A stretch of DNA of 38,857 bases from a virus (IMGVR_UViG_2636415906_000002); one strand, 5' to 3'; counted from the stretch's first letter, positions 28,189 through 37,787 are shown. Numbers and translations are program-made. The notes: a model not told the origin generated them from the sequence alone.

Positions 28189-28762
28189 CATCTGGCGCGG
28201 TGCTGGTATCAGTTGCCGTCACCGCGTCAATGTAATCCAGTACAGCGTTAAGGCTGGTTGTTTCTGCCTGCGTCAGTTTACGTCCGGCCTGCAATTTCAG
28301 CTGAATCAGACTGATTGAAGCCATTGCAGTATCAATCAGTGACTGGCGCTGTGCTTCTGCTGCATCTACTGCGGCGCTATGCTGTGCTTCGGTATCCGTC
28401 ACCCATTTCTCACCATCCCATTTATCGTATGGCGTTAACGGGGCGATAGTGGTTGTATTATCAGGGTAATCACCCGGAGCTGTGATTTCTTTTGATTCTC
28501 CTGTTTCGGTGCTAAAGACGATTTCACCGCGATGGTCTGGCACATATTCCCATGAGTTAAAATCTACAGATCGGCAGATTGCATAACCAGCTTTGTATGT
28601 GCCAGGGGCATCTAAACAGGAATATGCAGGGATACCGACACCAACGGCAAGATATTCAGTTGATGTGGAAATATATTCCCGTGTTTCGCCATCATAGTTA
28701 TAGACGGTAATATTCCCCGCCTTTGTAGCAATAAACTCGCTATTTAATACAGCGTTATCCAT
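28160..28762 (-). CDS. alternative tail fibre assembly chaperone (inverted cassette)
   Basis: 200 aa on minus strand, convergent with G, coupled TAATG to the alternative fibre cassette. Confidence 0.7.
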   Translation of the reverse strand: MDNAVLNSEFIATKAGNITVYNYDGETREYISTSTEYLAVGVGIPAYSCLDAPGTYKAGYAICRSVDFNSWEYVPDHRGEIVFSTETGESKEITAPGDYPDNTTTIAPLTPYDKWDGEKWVTDTEAQHSAAVDAAEAQRQSLIDTAMASISLIQLKLQAGRKLTQAETTSLNAVLDYIDAVTATDTSTAPDVIWPELPEA

Positions 28763-29304
28763 TATGCAGCCCTCACGATATAGTTAAATGCAATATTCCG
28801 TGGACGGGTTTCATTTATCCCATATGCTGTTGTTCTCTGATTCCCGACAAAATATCCATTTGGATTAGAAGATACAGAATAATCATCAAAATCAAGTGGG
28901 CTATCAGCACCCGGCGTCAGGCTTGCAATATATCCTCTTCCCATAACTTCTGATGCTGGTATTTCTTTTGTACGATAATCACTAACTCTGAAGAGCTGCC
29001 CTTGGTGGGTGTGTGATTCCACTCCTCCATTCTGAAGACTTAGCAAGGCACGTACAGCATCAATACCACGCCCGTCATCCCAGCCACGAATAAACTCACC
29101 ACGTAAATCAGGCAATTTATTTGTCGGATAAGCCTTTGCCAGTTCCGGGTATTCTTCAGCAGAAAAAGCGGCACCGTTGCATTTCAGCCAGCCTGTTGGC
29201 GGAGTGGCTGAAGGCCACGGAACAGGCACCCCAACCGGTAATGCAGAGCCTTCTCCCAAACCAACGTTTAAGAAAATGCAGAGGTAACAGCTAACTGGCA
29301 TCAT
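28762..29304 (-). CDS. alternative tail-fibre C-terminal cassette (promoterless; fused to H codons 1..350 only after inversion)
   Basis: minus-strand ORF passing through crossover site 2 in the same codon phase as H at site 1; conserved fibre C-terminal motifs PVGVPVPWP...GW..CNG...YP.L...RGEFIRGWDDGRG. Confidence 0.65.
   Translation of the reverse strand: MMPVSCYLCIFLNVGLGEGSALPVGVPVPWPSATPPTGWLKCNGAAFSAEEYPELAKAYPTNKLPDLRGEFIRGWDDGRGIDAVRALLSLQNGGVESHTHQGQLFRVSDYRTKEIPASEVMGRGYIASLTPGADSPLDFDDYSVSSNPNGYFVGNQRTTAYGINETRPRNIAFNYIVRAA
29251..29276. repeat. invertase crossover site 2 (hix-like): TTCTCCCAAACC-AA-CGTTTAAGAAAA
   Basis: 26-bp imperfect palindrome; core AA is the reverse complement of site-1 core TT, i.e. 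inverted configuration. Confidence 0.5.
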
Positions 29305-29331
29305 CTCCGGTTTTTATTCAGGGGGATGATC

Positions 29332-29898
29332 ATGCTTATTGGCTATGTACGCGTGTCAACAAATGACCAGAACACCGATTTGCAACGCAATGCACTGAAC
29401 TGTGCGGGATGTGAGCGGATTTTTGAGGATAAAATCAGTGGCACCAAGTCCGACAGACCGGGGCTGAAAAAGCTGCTCAGGACACTATCGGCAGGAGACA
29501 CGCTGGTTGTCTGGAAGCTGGACAGACTGGGGCGCAGTATGCGGCATCTTGTTACGCTGATAGAAGAGCTGCGCCAGCGTGGCGTGAATTTCCGAAGCCT
29601 GACTGACAGTATTGATACCAGCACCCCAATGGGCCGTTTCTTTTTTCATGTCATGGGTGCCCTGGCTGAAATGGAACGCGAACTGATAGTTGAACGTACC
29701 AGGGCGGGGCTGGCTGCAGCTCGTGCTAAAGGCAGAGTAGGTGGACGCCGTCCTAAGTTGACCAGCGAACAGTGGTCACAGATTGGGCGTTTACTCGAGG
29801 CCGGAGAATCAAGACAGCGTATTGCACTGATTTTTGATGTAGGCGTTTCTACCATTTATCGAAAATTTCCGGCAAATAAGAACAATAAATCTCCCTGA
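29332..29898 (+). CDS. DNA invertase, Gin/Cin/Pin/Hin-family serine recombinase
   Basis: MLIGYVRVSTNDQNTDLQRNAL...DTLVVWKLDRLGRS...MGRFFFHVMGALAEMERELIVERT - near-identical architecture to Gin/Hin from memory; catalytic Ser in VRVSTNDQ. Confidence 0.9.
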   Translation: MLIGYVRVSTNDQNTDLQRNALNCAGCERIFEDKISGTKSDRPGLKKLLRTLSAGDTLVVWKLDRLGRSMRHLVTLIEELRQRGVNFRSLTDSIDTSTPMGRFFFHVMGALAEMERELIVERTRAGLAAARAKGRVGGRRPKLTSEQWSQIGRLLEAGESRQRIALIFDVGVSTIYRKFPANKNNKSP

Positions 29899-29946
29899 AT
29901 CAGCTTTATTTTGATTATCCCTGAAAGCAGACAAATACCGTCATTT

Positions 29947-29964
29947 TGTGTGAATAACGGTACA
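29947..29964. promoter_or_regulatory. Ogr/B-type late-promoter activator site TGT-N12-ACA (pF)
   Basis: TGTGTGAATAACGGTACA upstream of FI. Confidence 0.5.
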
Positions 29965-30040
29965 ACTGCGCTTAGCTGTTTGTCAGGCACAATCACTTCA
30001 ACATAGGGTGAAGCCTAATCCAATCAGGAGGTTCGCCACT

Positions 30041-31213
30041 ATGGCTCAGGATTACCACCACGGGGTGCGCGTTGTTGAAGTCAACGAAGGCACCCGATCC
30101 ATTACCACGGTGAGCACCGCCATCGTGGGTATGGTCTGCACGGGCGATGATGCCGATGCAAAAATGTTTCCTCTTAATAAACCCGTGCTGATCACTGATG
30201 TGCTGACTGCCAGCGGTAAAGCGGGTGAGTCAGGCACGCTGGCCCGTTCGCTGGATGCCATCGCTGACCAGGCAAAACCCGTGACCGTTGTTGTGCGTGT
30301 GCCGCAGGGTGAAACGGAAGAAGAAACCACGACCAATATCATCGGAGCAGTGACCGCTGAAGGTAAAAAAACAGGCATGAAAGCCCTGTTATCTGCCCAG
30401 TCACAGCTCGGCGTTAAACCGCGCATTCTCGGCGTGCCAGGTCACGACACGAAGGCGGTAGCTACTGAGTTGCTGAGCGTGGCGCAAAGCCTGCGTGGAT
30501 TTGCTTACCTGTCAGCGTATGGTTGCAAGACAGTGCAGGAAGCAATCACTTACCGTGAAAACTTCAGTCAGCGTGAAGGAATGCTGATCTGGCCCGACTT
30601 TACTGGCTGGGACACGGTGCTGAATGCCGAAGCAACGGCTTATGCCACCGCCCGTGCGCTTGGTCTGCGCGCCAAAATTGACGAGCAGACCGGATGGCAC
30701 AAAAGCCTGTCCAACGTGGGCGTTAACGGTGTCACCGGAATTTCTGCAGATGTGTTCTGGGATCTGCAGGACCCGGCAACCGATGCAGATCTGCTGAACC
30801 AGAACGACGTCACCACGCTTGTGCGTAAAGACGGTTTCCGCTTCTGGGGTTCCCGCTGCCTGAGTGATGACACGCTCTTTGCCTTCGAAAACTACACCCG
30901 CACGGCGCAGGTGCTGATGGACACGATGGCAGAAGCACACATGTGGGCGGTGGATAAACCGCTTAACCCGTCGCTGGCCCGCGACATTATCGAAGGTATC
31001 CGCGCCAAAATGCGCAGCCTGGTCAGTCAGGGCTATCTCATTGGTGGTGATTGCTGGCTGGATGAGTCGGTGAACGACAAAGACACGCTGAAAGCCGGAA
31101 AACTCACCATCGACTACGACTACACGCCAGTGCCGCCACTTGAAAACCTGATGCTGCGTCAGCGCATCACCGATCAGTACCTGGTGAATTTCGCCAGCCA
31201 GGTCAGCGCGTAA
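30041..31213 (+). CDS. FI: contractile tail sheath protein
   Basis: ATG 30041 with RBS AGGAGG inside ORF 30008..31213. Confidence 0.9.
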   Translation: MAQDYHHGVRVVEVNEGTRSITTVSTAIVGMVCTGDDADAKMFPLNKPVLITDVLTASGKAGESGTLARSLDAIADQAKPVTVVVRVPQGETEEETTTNIIGAVTAEGKKTGMKALLSAQSQLGVKPRILGVPGHDTKAVATELLSVAQSLRGFAYLSAYGCKTVQEAITYRENFSQREGMLIWPDFTGWDTVLNAEATAYATARALGLRAKIDEQTGWHKSLSNVGVNGVTGISADVFWDLQDPATDADLLNQNDVTTLVRKDGFRFWGSRCLSDDTLFAFENYTRTAQVLMDTMAEAHMWAVDKPLNPSLARDIIEGIRAKMRSLVSQGYLIGGDCWLDESVNDKDTLKAGKLTIDYDYTPVPPLENLMLRQRITDQYLVNFASQVSA

Positions 31214-31222
31214 GGGGACAAC

Positions 31223-31738
31223 ATGGCTTTACCACGCAAATTAAAACACCTGAACCTGTTTAACGACGGGAACAACTGGCAGGGGATCGTTGAGTCGCTG
31301 ACGCTGCCGAAATTTACCCGCAAATATGAGAAGTATCGCGGCGGCGGAATGCCGGGTGCGGTGGATGTGGATCTGGGGCTTGATGACAGTGCGCTGGACA
31401 CAGAATTTTCCATTGGTGGTACTGAATTGCTGCTGTTTAAACAGATGGGTAAAGCCACGGTGGATGGCATCCAGCTGCGCTTTACCGGCTCTATTCAGCG
31501 TGACGATACCGGGGAAGTGCAGGCCGTGGAGCTTGTCGTGCGTGGACGTCACAAAGAAGTGGATTCCGGCGAGTGGAAGACGGGCGAAAGCAACACCACC
31601 AAAGTGACCAGTACCAACAGCTACGCGAAGCTGACTATAAATGGTGAGGTGCTCTATGAAGTGGACCTTATCAACATGGTGGAAATTGTGGACGGTGTGG
31701 ACCTGATGGAAGCGCACCGCAACGCCCTCGGCCTCTGA
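31223..31738 (+). CDS. FII: tail tube protein
   Basis: 171 aa directly after sheath. Confidence 0.9.
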   Translation: MALPRKLKHLNLFNDGNNWQGIVESLTLPKFTRKYEKYRGGGMPGAVDVDLGLDDSALDTEFSIGGTELLLFKQMGKATVDGIQLRFTGSIQRDDTGEVQAVELVVRGRHKEVDSGEWKTGESNTTKVTSTNSYAKLTINGEVLYEVDLINMVEIVDGVDLMEAHRNALGL

Positions 31739-31792
31739 TGTATCTGAACGGCGCGGGATACCGCGCCAGAACCCAATTTACAGGACAGCAAA

Positions 31793-32095
31793 ATGAGCGA
31801 TAAGCAGACTGAAAAGACTATTCAACTGGATACCCCCATCAAGCGCGGTAAAACAGAAATCACCGAAATTGTGCTGCGTAAACCGCAGTCCGGTGCGCTG
31901 CGCGGTACACGCCTGCAGGCCATTATGGATATGGATGTAAACGCGATGATGACCGTGATCCCCCGCATCTCCAGTCCGGCACTGACTGCACAGGAAATTG
32001 CAGAGATGGACCCGGCAGATCTCACTGCCATGTCGGTTGAGGTTGTCACTTTTTTGTTGAAGAAGTCGGTGCTTGCCGGTTTACCGACAGCCTGA
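31793..32095 (+). CDS. E: tail assembly chaperone E (zero-frame product)
   Basis: 100 aa between tube and tape measure. Confidence 0.75.
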   Translation: MSDKQTEKTIQLDTPIKRGKTEITEIVLRKPQSGALRGTRLQAIMDMDVNAMMTVIPRISSPALTAQEIAEMDPADLTAMSVEVVTFLLKKSVLAGLPTA

Positions 32096-32229
32096 CGGTT
32101 GACGATCTGGTGGCAGATATCGCCACCATTTTTCACTGGCCGCCATCCGTTACTGACGTTATGCCGCTGACCGAAGTGCTGGAATGGCGGTATAAAGCGA
32201 TTCAGAGAAGCGGGGCCAACGATGAGTGA
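31793..32229 (+). CDS. E: E+E' fusion by programmed -1 ribosomal frameshift at T_TTT_TTG (32050..32056)
   Basis: slippery heptamer in phase; -1 frame stays open to TGA at 32227..32229, overlapping T start. Confidence 0.6.
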
Positions 32230-35200
32230 TAACAACCTGCGTCTGCAGGTCATTCTTAATGCGGTTGACAAGCTCACCCGCCCATTTCGATCTGCGCAGG
32301 CCAGTTCAAGAGAACTGGCTGCTGCTGTCAAAAAATCCCGCGATGCAATAAAGCAGCTTGATCAGGCCGGGAGCAGTCTGGACAGCTTCCGAAAGCTGCA
32401 GGCAGAAAATCAGAAATTAGGCGACAGGCTGAACTATGCCCGCCAGCGTGCAAATTTGCTCAGTCAGGAACTGGGAGCGATGGGGCCGCCTTCGCAACGT
32501 CAGGTTGTTGCTCTGGGCCGTCAACGGCTGGCTGTTCAGCGCCTGGAAGAACGCCAGAAAAAGCTGCAGCAGCAGACGGCGCTTGTGCGTGCTGAACTGT
32601 ACCGGGCGGGAATTTCTGCGAAAGACGATGCGGGAGCAACTGCCCGTTTAGCCCGTGAAACATCACGTTATAACCAGGAGCTTTCGAAACAGGAGGCGCG
32701 GCTGAAGCGACTGGGGGAAGCTCAGCGCAGGATGAATGCAGCGCGTGCCAGTTATGCCCGTTCGCTGGAGGTGCGTGATCGTATTGCAGGTGCCGGAGCC
32801 ACCACCACGGCTGCAGGGCTGGCAATGGGTGCGCCAGTGATGGCGGCAGTAAAAAGCTATACCAGCATGGAAGATGCCATGAAAGGTGTGGCAAAGCAGG
32901 TCAATGGTCTGCGTGACGATAATGGCAACCGCACTGCACGTTTTTATGAAATGCAGGATGCCATCAAGGCTGCCAGCGAACAGTTGCCGATGGAAAACGG
33001 TGCGGTGGACTTCGCTGCACTGGTTGAAGGTGGTGCGCGCATGAACGTCGCAAACCCTGACGACAGCTGGGAAGATCAGAAACGTGACCTGCTGGCCTTC
33101 GCCAGTACGGCAGCAAAGGCGGCAACAGCCTTTGAGCTGCCAGCGGATGAACTGTCAGAAAGTCTGGGGAAAATCGCCCAGCTCTACAAAATCCCCACCC
33201 GCAATATTGAACAGCTCGGTGATGCGCTGAACTATCTGGATGATAACGCCATGTCGAAAGGGGCAGACATCATTGATGTGATGCAACGTCTGGGCGGTGT
33301 GGCTGACCGTCTGGATTATCGTAAAGCGGCGGCGCTGGGTTCCACCTTCCTGACACTGGGCGCTGCGCCAGAGGTTGCAGCCAGTGCAGCAAACGCGATG
33401 GTGCGTGAATTGTCCATTGCCACCATGCAAAGCAAGAGTTTCTTTGAAGGGATGAATCTGCTGAAACTCAATCCTGAAGTGATTGAAAAGCAGATGACGA
33501 AGGATGCGATGGGAACCATCCAGCGCGTGCTGGAGAAGGTAAACGCGCTGCCGCAGGACAAGCGCCTGTCTGCCATGACTATGTTGTTTGGTAAAGAGTT
33601 TGGCGATGACGCGGCGAAACTGGCAAACAACCTGCCGGAACTGCAGCGTCAGTTAAAACTGACAGCGGGCAATGATGCGCTCGGCTCCATGCAGAAAGAA
33701 TCCGACATTAACAAGGATTCACTTTCTACGCAGTGGTTGCTGGTCAAAACCGGAGCGCAGAACACCTTCAGCAGCCTGGGCGAAACGCTGCGCCAGCCGC
33801 TGATGGATATTCTGTACACGGTGAAAAGCGTCACGGGGGCGTTGCGTCGCTGGGTGGAAGCTAACCCGGAACTGACAGGCACACTGATGAAAGCATCGGC
33901 TGTTGTGGCTGCGGTTACCGTCGGCCTCGGCACCTTAGCGGTGGCGCTGGCTGCAGTGCTGGGGCCGCTGGCAGTGATCCGTCTGGGATTCTCTGTGTTG
34001 GGTATCAAAACGTTATCTTCCGTTACGGCAGCAGTAACTCGAACCAGCAGCGCGTTGTCCTGGCTGGCCGGCGCACCACTGGCACTGCTGCGACGCGGGC
34101 TTGCTTCATCGGGCAACGCCGCAGGTTTACTTACTGCGCCGTTGTCGTCTTTGCGCCGCACGGCATCACTGACGGGAAATGTCCTGAAAACTGTAGCAGG
34201 TGCGCCGGTTGCACTTTTGCGGTCTGGATTATCCGGTTTACGTGCTGTTGCTGTGATGTTTATGAATCCTCTGGCGGTACTGCGCGGTGGACTGGCCGCC
34301 GCAGGCACGGTGCTGCGAGTACTGGCATCTGGTCCACTGGCGATGCTGCGCGTTGCCCTGTATGCCATATCTGGTCTGTTAGGTGCTCTGCTCAGTCCGA
34401 TAGGTCTTGTGGTTACTGCACTGGCGGGCGTGGCGCTGGTTGTCTGGAAATACTGGCAACCCATCACCGCATTTCTCGGTGGCGTGGTGGAAGGATTCAA
34501 AGCGGCGGCAGGTCCCATCAGTGCAGCGTTCGAACCGCTTAAGCCCGTGTTCCAGTGGATTGGCGACAAAGTGCAGGCGCTGTGGGGCTGGTTTACTGAT
34601 CTGCTGACGCCCGTTAAGTCGACCTCTGCCGAACTGCAGAGCGCAGCGGCAATGGGGCGGCGATTCGGGGAGGCACTGGCGGAAGGGCTGAATATGGTCA
34701 TGCATCCGCTGGACTCCCTGAAATCCGGCGTTTCCTGGTTGCTGGAGAAGCTCGGCATTGTCAGTAAAGAGGCCGCAAAGGCAAAACTGCCGGAAAGCGT
34801 GACGCGTCAGCAACCTGCGACGGTGAATGCAGACGGTAAAGTGATGATGCCATCGGGTGGTTTTCCATCATGGGGATATGGCTTTGCGGGGATGTATGAC
34901 AGCGGCGGGTATATCCCGCGCGGGCAGTTTGGCATCGTCGGTGAAAACGGGCCGGAAATTGTTAACGGCCCGGCAAATGTGACCAGCCGGAGAAATACAG
35001 CTGCACTGGCTGCCGTTGTTGCCGGAATGATGGGCGTTGCTGCCGCGCCAGCAGAGCTTCCACCGTTGCACCCTTTGGCACTTCCCGCGAAAGGTGGAGA
35101 AGCAATTGTGAGTCGCGCAGCCACTGTGCCGCTCGTTCAACGGATTGAGGCACCGACGCAGATCATCATTCAGACGCAGCCAGGACAAAGTGCGCAGGAT

Positions 35201-35299
35201 ATTGCGCGGGAGGTGGCACGCCAGCTTGATGAACGTGAACGCAGGCTGAAGGCAAAAGCCAGGAGTAACTACAGCGATCAGGGGGGATACGACGCATGA
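32222..35299 (+). CDS. T: tail tape measure protein
   Basis: 1025 aa; internal Ala/Leu/Gly-rich tandem repeats of about 21 aa. Confidence 0.9.
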   Translation: MSDNNLRLQVILNAVDKLTRPFRSAQASSRELAAAVKKSRDAIKQLDQAGSSLDSFRKLQAENQKLGDRLNYARQRANLLSQELGAMGPPSQRQVVALGRQRLAVQRLEERQKKLQQQTALVRAELYRAGISAKDDAGATARLARETSRYNQELSKQEARLKRLGEAQRRMNAARASYARSLEVRDRIAGAGATTTAAGLAMGAPVMAAVKSYTSMEDAMKGVAKQVNGLRDDNGNRTARFYEMQDAIKAASEQLPMENGAVDFAALVEGGARMNVANPDDSWEDQKRDLLAFASTAAKAATAFELPADELSESLGKIAQLYKIPTRNIEQLGDALNYLDDNAMSKGADIIDVMQRLGGVADRLDYRKAAALGSTFLTLGAAPEVAASAANAMVRELSIATMQSKSFFEGMNLLKLNPEVIEKQMTKDAMGTIQRVLEKVNALPQDKRLSAMTMLFGKEFGDDAAKLANNLPELQRQLKLTAGNDALGSMQKESDINKDSLSTQWLLVKTGAQNTFSSLGETLRQPLMDILYTVKSVTGALRRWVEANPELTGTLMKASAVVAAVTVGLGTLAVALAAVLGPLAVIRLGFSVLGIKTLSSVTAAVTRTSSALSWLAGAPLALLRRGLASSGNAAGLLTAPLSSLRRTASLTGNVLKTVAGAPVALLRSGLSGLRAVAVMFMNPLAVLRGGLAAAGTVLRVLASGPLAMLRVALYAISGLLGALLSPIGLVVTALAGVALVVWKYWQPITAFLGGVVEGFKAAAGPISAAFEPLKPVFQWIGDKVQALWGWFTDLLTPVKSTSAELQSAAAMGRRFGEALAEGLNMVMHPLDSLKSGVSWLLEKLGIVSKEAAKAKLPESVTRQQPATVNADGKVMMPSGGFPSWGYGFAGMYDSGGYIPRGQFGIVGENGPEIVNGPANVTSRRNTAALAAVVAGMMGVAAAPAELPPLHPLALPAKGGEAIVSRAATVPLVQRIEAPTQIIIQTQPGQSAQDIAREVARQLDERERRLKAKARSNYSDQGGYDA

Positions 35300-35781
35300 T
35301 GATGGTGCTGGGATTGTACGTGTTTATGCTGCGCACCGTTCCGTATCAGGAACTGCAGTATCAACGCAGCTGGCGACATGCGGCAAACAGTCGGGTAAAC
35401 CGACGTCCGTCCACGCAGTTTCTGGGACCGGAAAACGACATGCTGACGCTTTCCGGTGTTCTTATGCCGGAAATAACAGGCGGCAGGCTGTCGTTGCTGG
35501 CACTGGAGCAGATGGCAGAACAGGGGAAAGCATGGCCCCTGATTGAAGGCAGCGGCACGATTTACGGCATGTATGTGATTGAGGGACTGAATCAGACTAA
35601 AACGGAGTTTTTCCGCGACGGTATGCCGCGCCGGATTGAGTTCACCCTGTCGCTCAAACGAGTGGATGAATCCCTGTCCGATATGTTCGGTGATCTCAGT
35701 GCGCAACTGAATAATCTGCAGGACACGGCAACGTCTGCCTTAAGCGATATCAGTAAAACGGTGGGAGGGCTGCTGTCGTGA
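35296..35781 (+). CDS. U: tail protein U
   Basis: 161 aa, ATGA overlap with T. Confidence 0.85.
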   Translation: MMMVLGLYVFMLRTVPYQELQYQRSWRHAANSRVNRRPSTQFLGPENDMLTLSGVLMPEITGGRLSLLALEQMAEQGKAWPLIEGSGTIYGMYVIEGLNQTKTEFFRDGMPRRIEFTLSLKRVDESLSDMFGDLSAQLNNLQDTATSALSDISKTVGGLLS

Positions 35782-36878
35782 ATTTCAGCTCAGAACTGCT
35801 TAACAAAGGCAACAAAACTCCCGCATTCAGCATCAGTATTGAGGGCAGGGATATCACCACTGTGCTGGATAACCGCCTGATGAGTTTGACGCTGACGGAT
35901 AACCGGGGCTTTGAAGCGGACCAGCTTGATCTGGAGTTGGATGACGCTGACGGAAAAATCGTGCTGCCGCGCCGTGGTGCGGTCATTACGCTGGCGCTGG
36001 GCTGGAAGGGGCAGCCGCTTTTCCCGAAAGGGGCATTCACAGTGGACGAGATTGAATACACTGGCGCACCGGACCGCCTGACTATCCGGGCGCGAAGTGC
36101 TGATTTTCGGGAAACGCTGAATACCCGCCGTGAAAAATCGTGGCATAAGACCACCGTCGGGGAAGTGGTGAAGGAAATAGCCGCGCGGCACAAGCTGAAG
36201 ATGGCACTGGGTAAAGACCTGTCGGATAAGCCCGTGGAGCATATAGACCAGACTAATGAGAGTGACGGCAGTTTTCTGATGCGGCTGGCGCGACAGTACG
36301 GTGCCATCGCGTCGGTGAAAAATGGCAATCTGTTATTCATCCGGCAGGGGCAGGGCAAAAGCGCCACTGGTAAACCTCTGCCAGTGATCACTATCACACG
36401 CAAGGACGGCGACAGTCACCGCTTTACCCTGGCAGATCGCGGAGCCTACACGGGCGTAATTGCCAGCTGGTTGCATACCCGCGAACCTGCGAAGAAAGAA
36501 AGCACCACGGTGAAGCGTAAGCGCAGAACTAAGAAGCAGAAGAAAGAGCCAGAAGCGAAGCAGGGCGATTACCTGGTGGGTACGGATGAAAACGTGCTGG
36601 TACTTAATCGCACTTATGCCAACCGGAGCAACGCCGAACGAGCGGCGAAAATGCAGTGGGAACGCCTGCAACGCGGCGTTGCGTCATTTTCGCTACAACT
36701 GGCAGAAGGGCGGGCAGATCTCTACACGGAAATGCCTGTGAAGGTCAGTGGTTTTAAACAGCCGATAGATGATGCGGAATGGACCATTACGACTCTGACA
36801 CATACCGTCAGCCCGGATAACGGTTTTACAACCAGTATTGAACTCGAAGTGAAGATTGATGATCTTGAAATGGAATAA
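35778..36878 (+). CDS. D: tail protein D (late control D family)
   Basis: 366 aa, last tail gene before ogr. Confidence 0.85.
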   Translation: MNFSSELLNKGNKTPAFSISIEGRDITTVLDNRLMSLTLTDNRGFEADQLDLELDDADGKIVLPRRGAVITLALGWKGQPLFPKGAFTVDEIEYTGAPDRLTIRARSADFRETLNTRREKSWHKTTVGEVVKEIAARHKLKMALGKDLSDKPVEHIDQTNESDGSFLMRLARQYGAIASVKNGNLLFIRQGQGKSATGKPLPVITITRKDGDSHRFTLADRGAYTGVIASWLHTREPAKKESTTVKRKRRTKKQKKEPEAKQGDYLVGTDENVLVLNRTYANRSNAERAAKMQWERLQRGVASFSLQLAEGRADLYTEMPVKVSGFKQPIDDAEWTITTLTHTVSPDNGFTTSIELEVKIDDLEME

Positions 36879-36946
36879 AGTGTTCTCAATATTGATATTT
36901 TGTGTATCATTACAATGATTCTGATAGCAAAGGTAGGGATCTGGAT

Positions 36947-37165
36947 ATGATGAATTGTCCAAAGTGTGGTCATGCGGCACACACAAGGAGCAGTTTTCAA
37001 GTAACTGAAAGCACCAAAGAGCGTTACTGCCAGTGCCAAAATATTAACTGCGGGAGCACTTTTGTTACTCATGAAACAGTGGTCCGGTTTATTGTGACAC
37101 CCGCACTGATTGCTACTGCTCCTCCACATCCATTGCCAGGTGGTCAGGGGCATATGAATTTTTGA
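36947..37165 (+). CDS. ogr: Ogr/Delta zinc-finger late-gene transcriptional activator
   Basis: 72 aa MMNCPKCGHAAHTRSS...CQCQNINC...HPLPGGQG, the Cys4 pattern of P2 Ogr. Confidence 0.85.
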   Translation: MMNCPKCGHAAHTRSSFQVTESTKERYCQCQNINCGSTFVTHETVVRFIVTPALIATAPPHPLPGGQGHMNF

Positions 37166-37172
37166 GAAAGAG

Positions 37173-37195
37173 AACCTGCTACGGCAGGTTTTTAT
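37173..37195 (+). terminator. intrinsic terminator after ogr
   Basis: AACCTGC-TACG-GCAGGTT followed by TTTTA. Confidence 0.5.
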
Positions 37196-37674
37196 TCATC
37201 TGGGATCTCACCCGTTTCAAGAAAATGTATAAAGCCAGGCTCATCTATGATGATTGTGCCTTTCATCCTGGCTGCCGATACTTTTGATGGGCCTGCATTG
37301 TAACCGCAACAGAGCATCTGAAGGCTTTGGGTTACAGAGGTTCTTACCGTTAATCCTTGTTCATTCGCCTTATCAACCAATCTTTCTTTATCTGCTTTCT
37401 TAAATCCGGTGAAACACACATCGAATGTATTTTTTTTCGGACCAGACTGCTTAGTGAGATGTGAGTAGCTTTCGGGGAGGAATGACGCGCATTCCTGAAT
37501 GGCTTGTTCTGGTGAATCGTACTGTTTAAGAATGCGGTCTTTTCGGAAGGTTTTTATTCGATCGGTGTTCTTACAAATGCCCTGTATATGATTTTCGCTA
37601 TAACTGATGCTCTGTATAGAGTGAACACCGATACGACCATTTGCATTGATGTAAACAAAGTGAAGTTCTTCCAT
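37192..37674 (-). CDS. small WYL-like + BRCT-domain protein (att-proximal prophage cargo)
   Basis: 160 aa, RBS AAGAGG; C-terminal FDVCFTGF...GLTVRTSVTQ...LCCGYNAGPSKVSAARMKGTIIIDEPGFIHFLETGE aligns by eye to the LigA-type BRCT domain; N-terminal RIGVHSIQS...TFRKDRI resembles a WYL-domain core. Confidence 0.6.
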   Translation of the reverse strand: MEELHFVYINANGRIGVHSIQSISYSENHIQGICKNTDRIKTFRKDRILKQYDSPEQAIQECASFLPESYSHLTKQSGPKKNTFDVCFTGFKKADKERLVDKANEQGLTVRTSVTQSLQMLCCGYNAGPSKVSAARMKGTIIIDEPGFIHFLETGEIPDE

Positions 37675-37700
37675 GTGAAACCTCTTTGCATGATTTCAAG

Positions 37701-37739
37701 ATGGCGACAGGCAAGATGGACGCAAAAGTCTGTCGCCAT
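37701..37739. promoter_or_regulatory. 10-bp perfect inverted repeat ATGGCGACAG - N19 - CTGTCGCCAT upstream of the BRCT gene (candidate operator / integrase arm sites)
   Basis: read directly; shares the CTGTCGCCA 9-mer with 4256..4275. Confidence 0.35.
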
Positions 37740-37758
37740 TTTGCCGCCACTACCAAAG

Positions 37759-37787
37759 AAAAAGGGGCTACGCTTTCACGTAACCCC
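37759..37787 (-). terminator. intrinsic terminator for ssrA supplied by the prophage arm
   Basis: minus-strand GGGGUUACG-UGAAAG-CGUAGCCCC followed by UUUUU, 11 nt past the tmRNA 3-prime end. Confidence 0.55.

Noticed and set aside
33649-34758. 369-aa minus-strand ORF (and neighbours 32460..32894, 34379..34813, 34807..35188) inside the tape measure gene
   Set aside because: Antisense to a well-supported long structural gene; Ala/Pro/Ser/Arg-rich translation typical of the reverse frame of GC-rich repeats.
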